DNA of 64,000 nt, taken from Sphaerodactylus townsendi. Taxonomy: Eukaryota. The stretch covers positions 38,564,001-38,628,000 of the forward strand of contig NC_059429.1 in assembly GCF_021028975.2 (NCBI RefSeq), written 5' to 3'. The position numbers and the translations under genes are program-made. Every line of letters starts with the position of its first letter. Position 1 is the first letter of the stretch. The notes below the pieces were generated by a model that saw only the letters and a list, made by a program, of their open reading frames with translations, was not told the origin of the DNA and made no database searches. Below are positions 63,561-64,000 of this stretch, one piece after another.

Positions 63561-64000
63561 ATTTCAGCAGAATCTTAACAGGAACATTAGCAGAAATTTC
63601 ATTTGAGGGGCCACTTAACCCTGCATTCTTACATGAGTCTTGTCCTTGGCTTTCTTTCATCCCCTGCCTAATTTACCCTCTTAGTATCCATCAACAATCT
63701 GGTGAAATTGTGTAAAGAAAATAATGGTGTAGTGAGCATTCTCTGTTCATGTGTATTTGTCCATCTTGCTGTTGGAAGATTTTTGCCCCCACTCTGTAAA
63801 GCAGGAGAGCTGAGAACAGAGCACACGAGGACTAGTCACAGTGTCTTCATCCCCCCTGCCCCACCTCGCCATGATTTAAGTGAAAGGTTAGAGTTGGACT
63901 GGGCTTTTTATGCGTACATTATTTAATTTGTAGTACTTTTTAGGGATTCAAAGCCTAATCCTGTGAACTGTGTGTAACCTTTTTGTAATAATCACATTAA

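Overview
Vertebrate genomic DNA, very likely a gecko-type squamate judging by the repeat content (Squam3-like tRNA SINEs with (CTT)n tails, 5S-headed SINEs, SPIN, CR1, L2, RTEX-like LINEs). Two host genes lie on the + strand. EXTL2 has a complete coding sequence (4 coding exons, 13127..27181, 331 aa) with a CpG island at about 9.2-10.3 kb. CDC14A is represented by its 5' end (CpG island about 47.6-48.9 kb, exons 1-2; exon 3 not found in the window). The most structured non-genic features are two DIRS1-like tyrosine-recombinase retrotransposons of different families: a decayed, left-truncated copy (1..4779) and a full-length 5.8-kb copy (39614..45405). The full-length copy has inverted termini, an almost perfect internal complementary region (ICR), GTTCT at both junctions, and Gag/LAP2alpha-like, RT, RNase H, adenine-methyltransferase-like and YR coding regions. 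Both copies keep a 5'-splice-site/U1-complementary motif at their right ends. CDC14A intron 2 holds a Penelope-like fragment with a minimal hammerhead ribozyme and a SPIN MITE nested inside a SINE. I cannot demonstrate a wholly new system from sequence alone. The best leads are the DIRS terminal U1-like site, the DIRS methyltransferase-like domain, the intronic hammerhead and the EXTL2-CDC14A gene order. Family names come from pattern recognition, not database searches.
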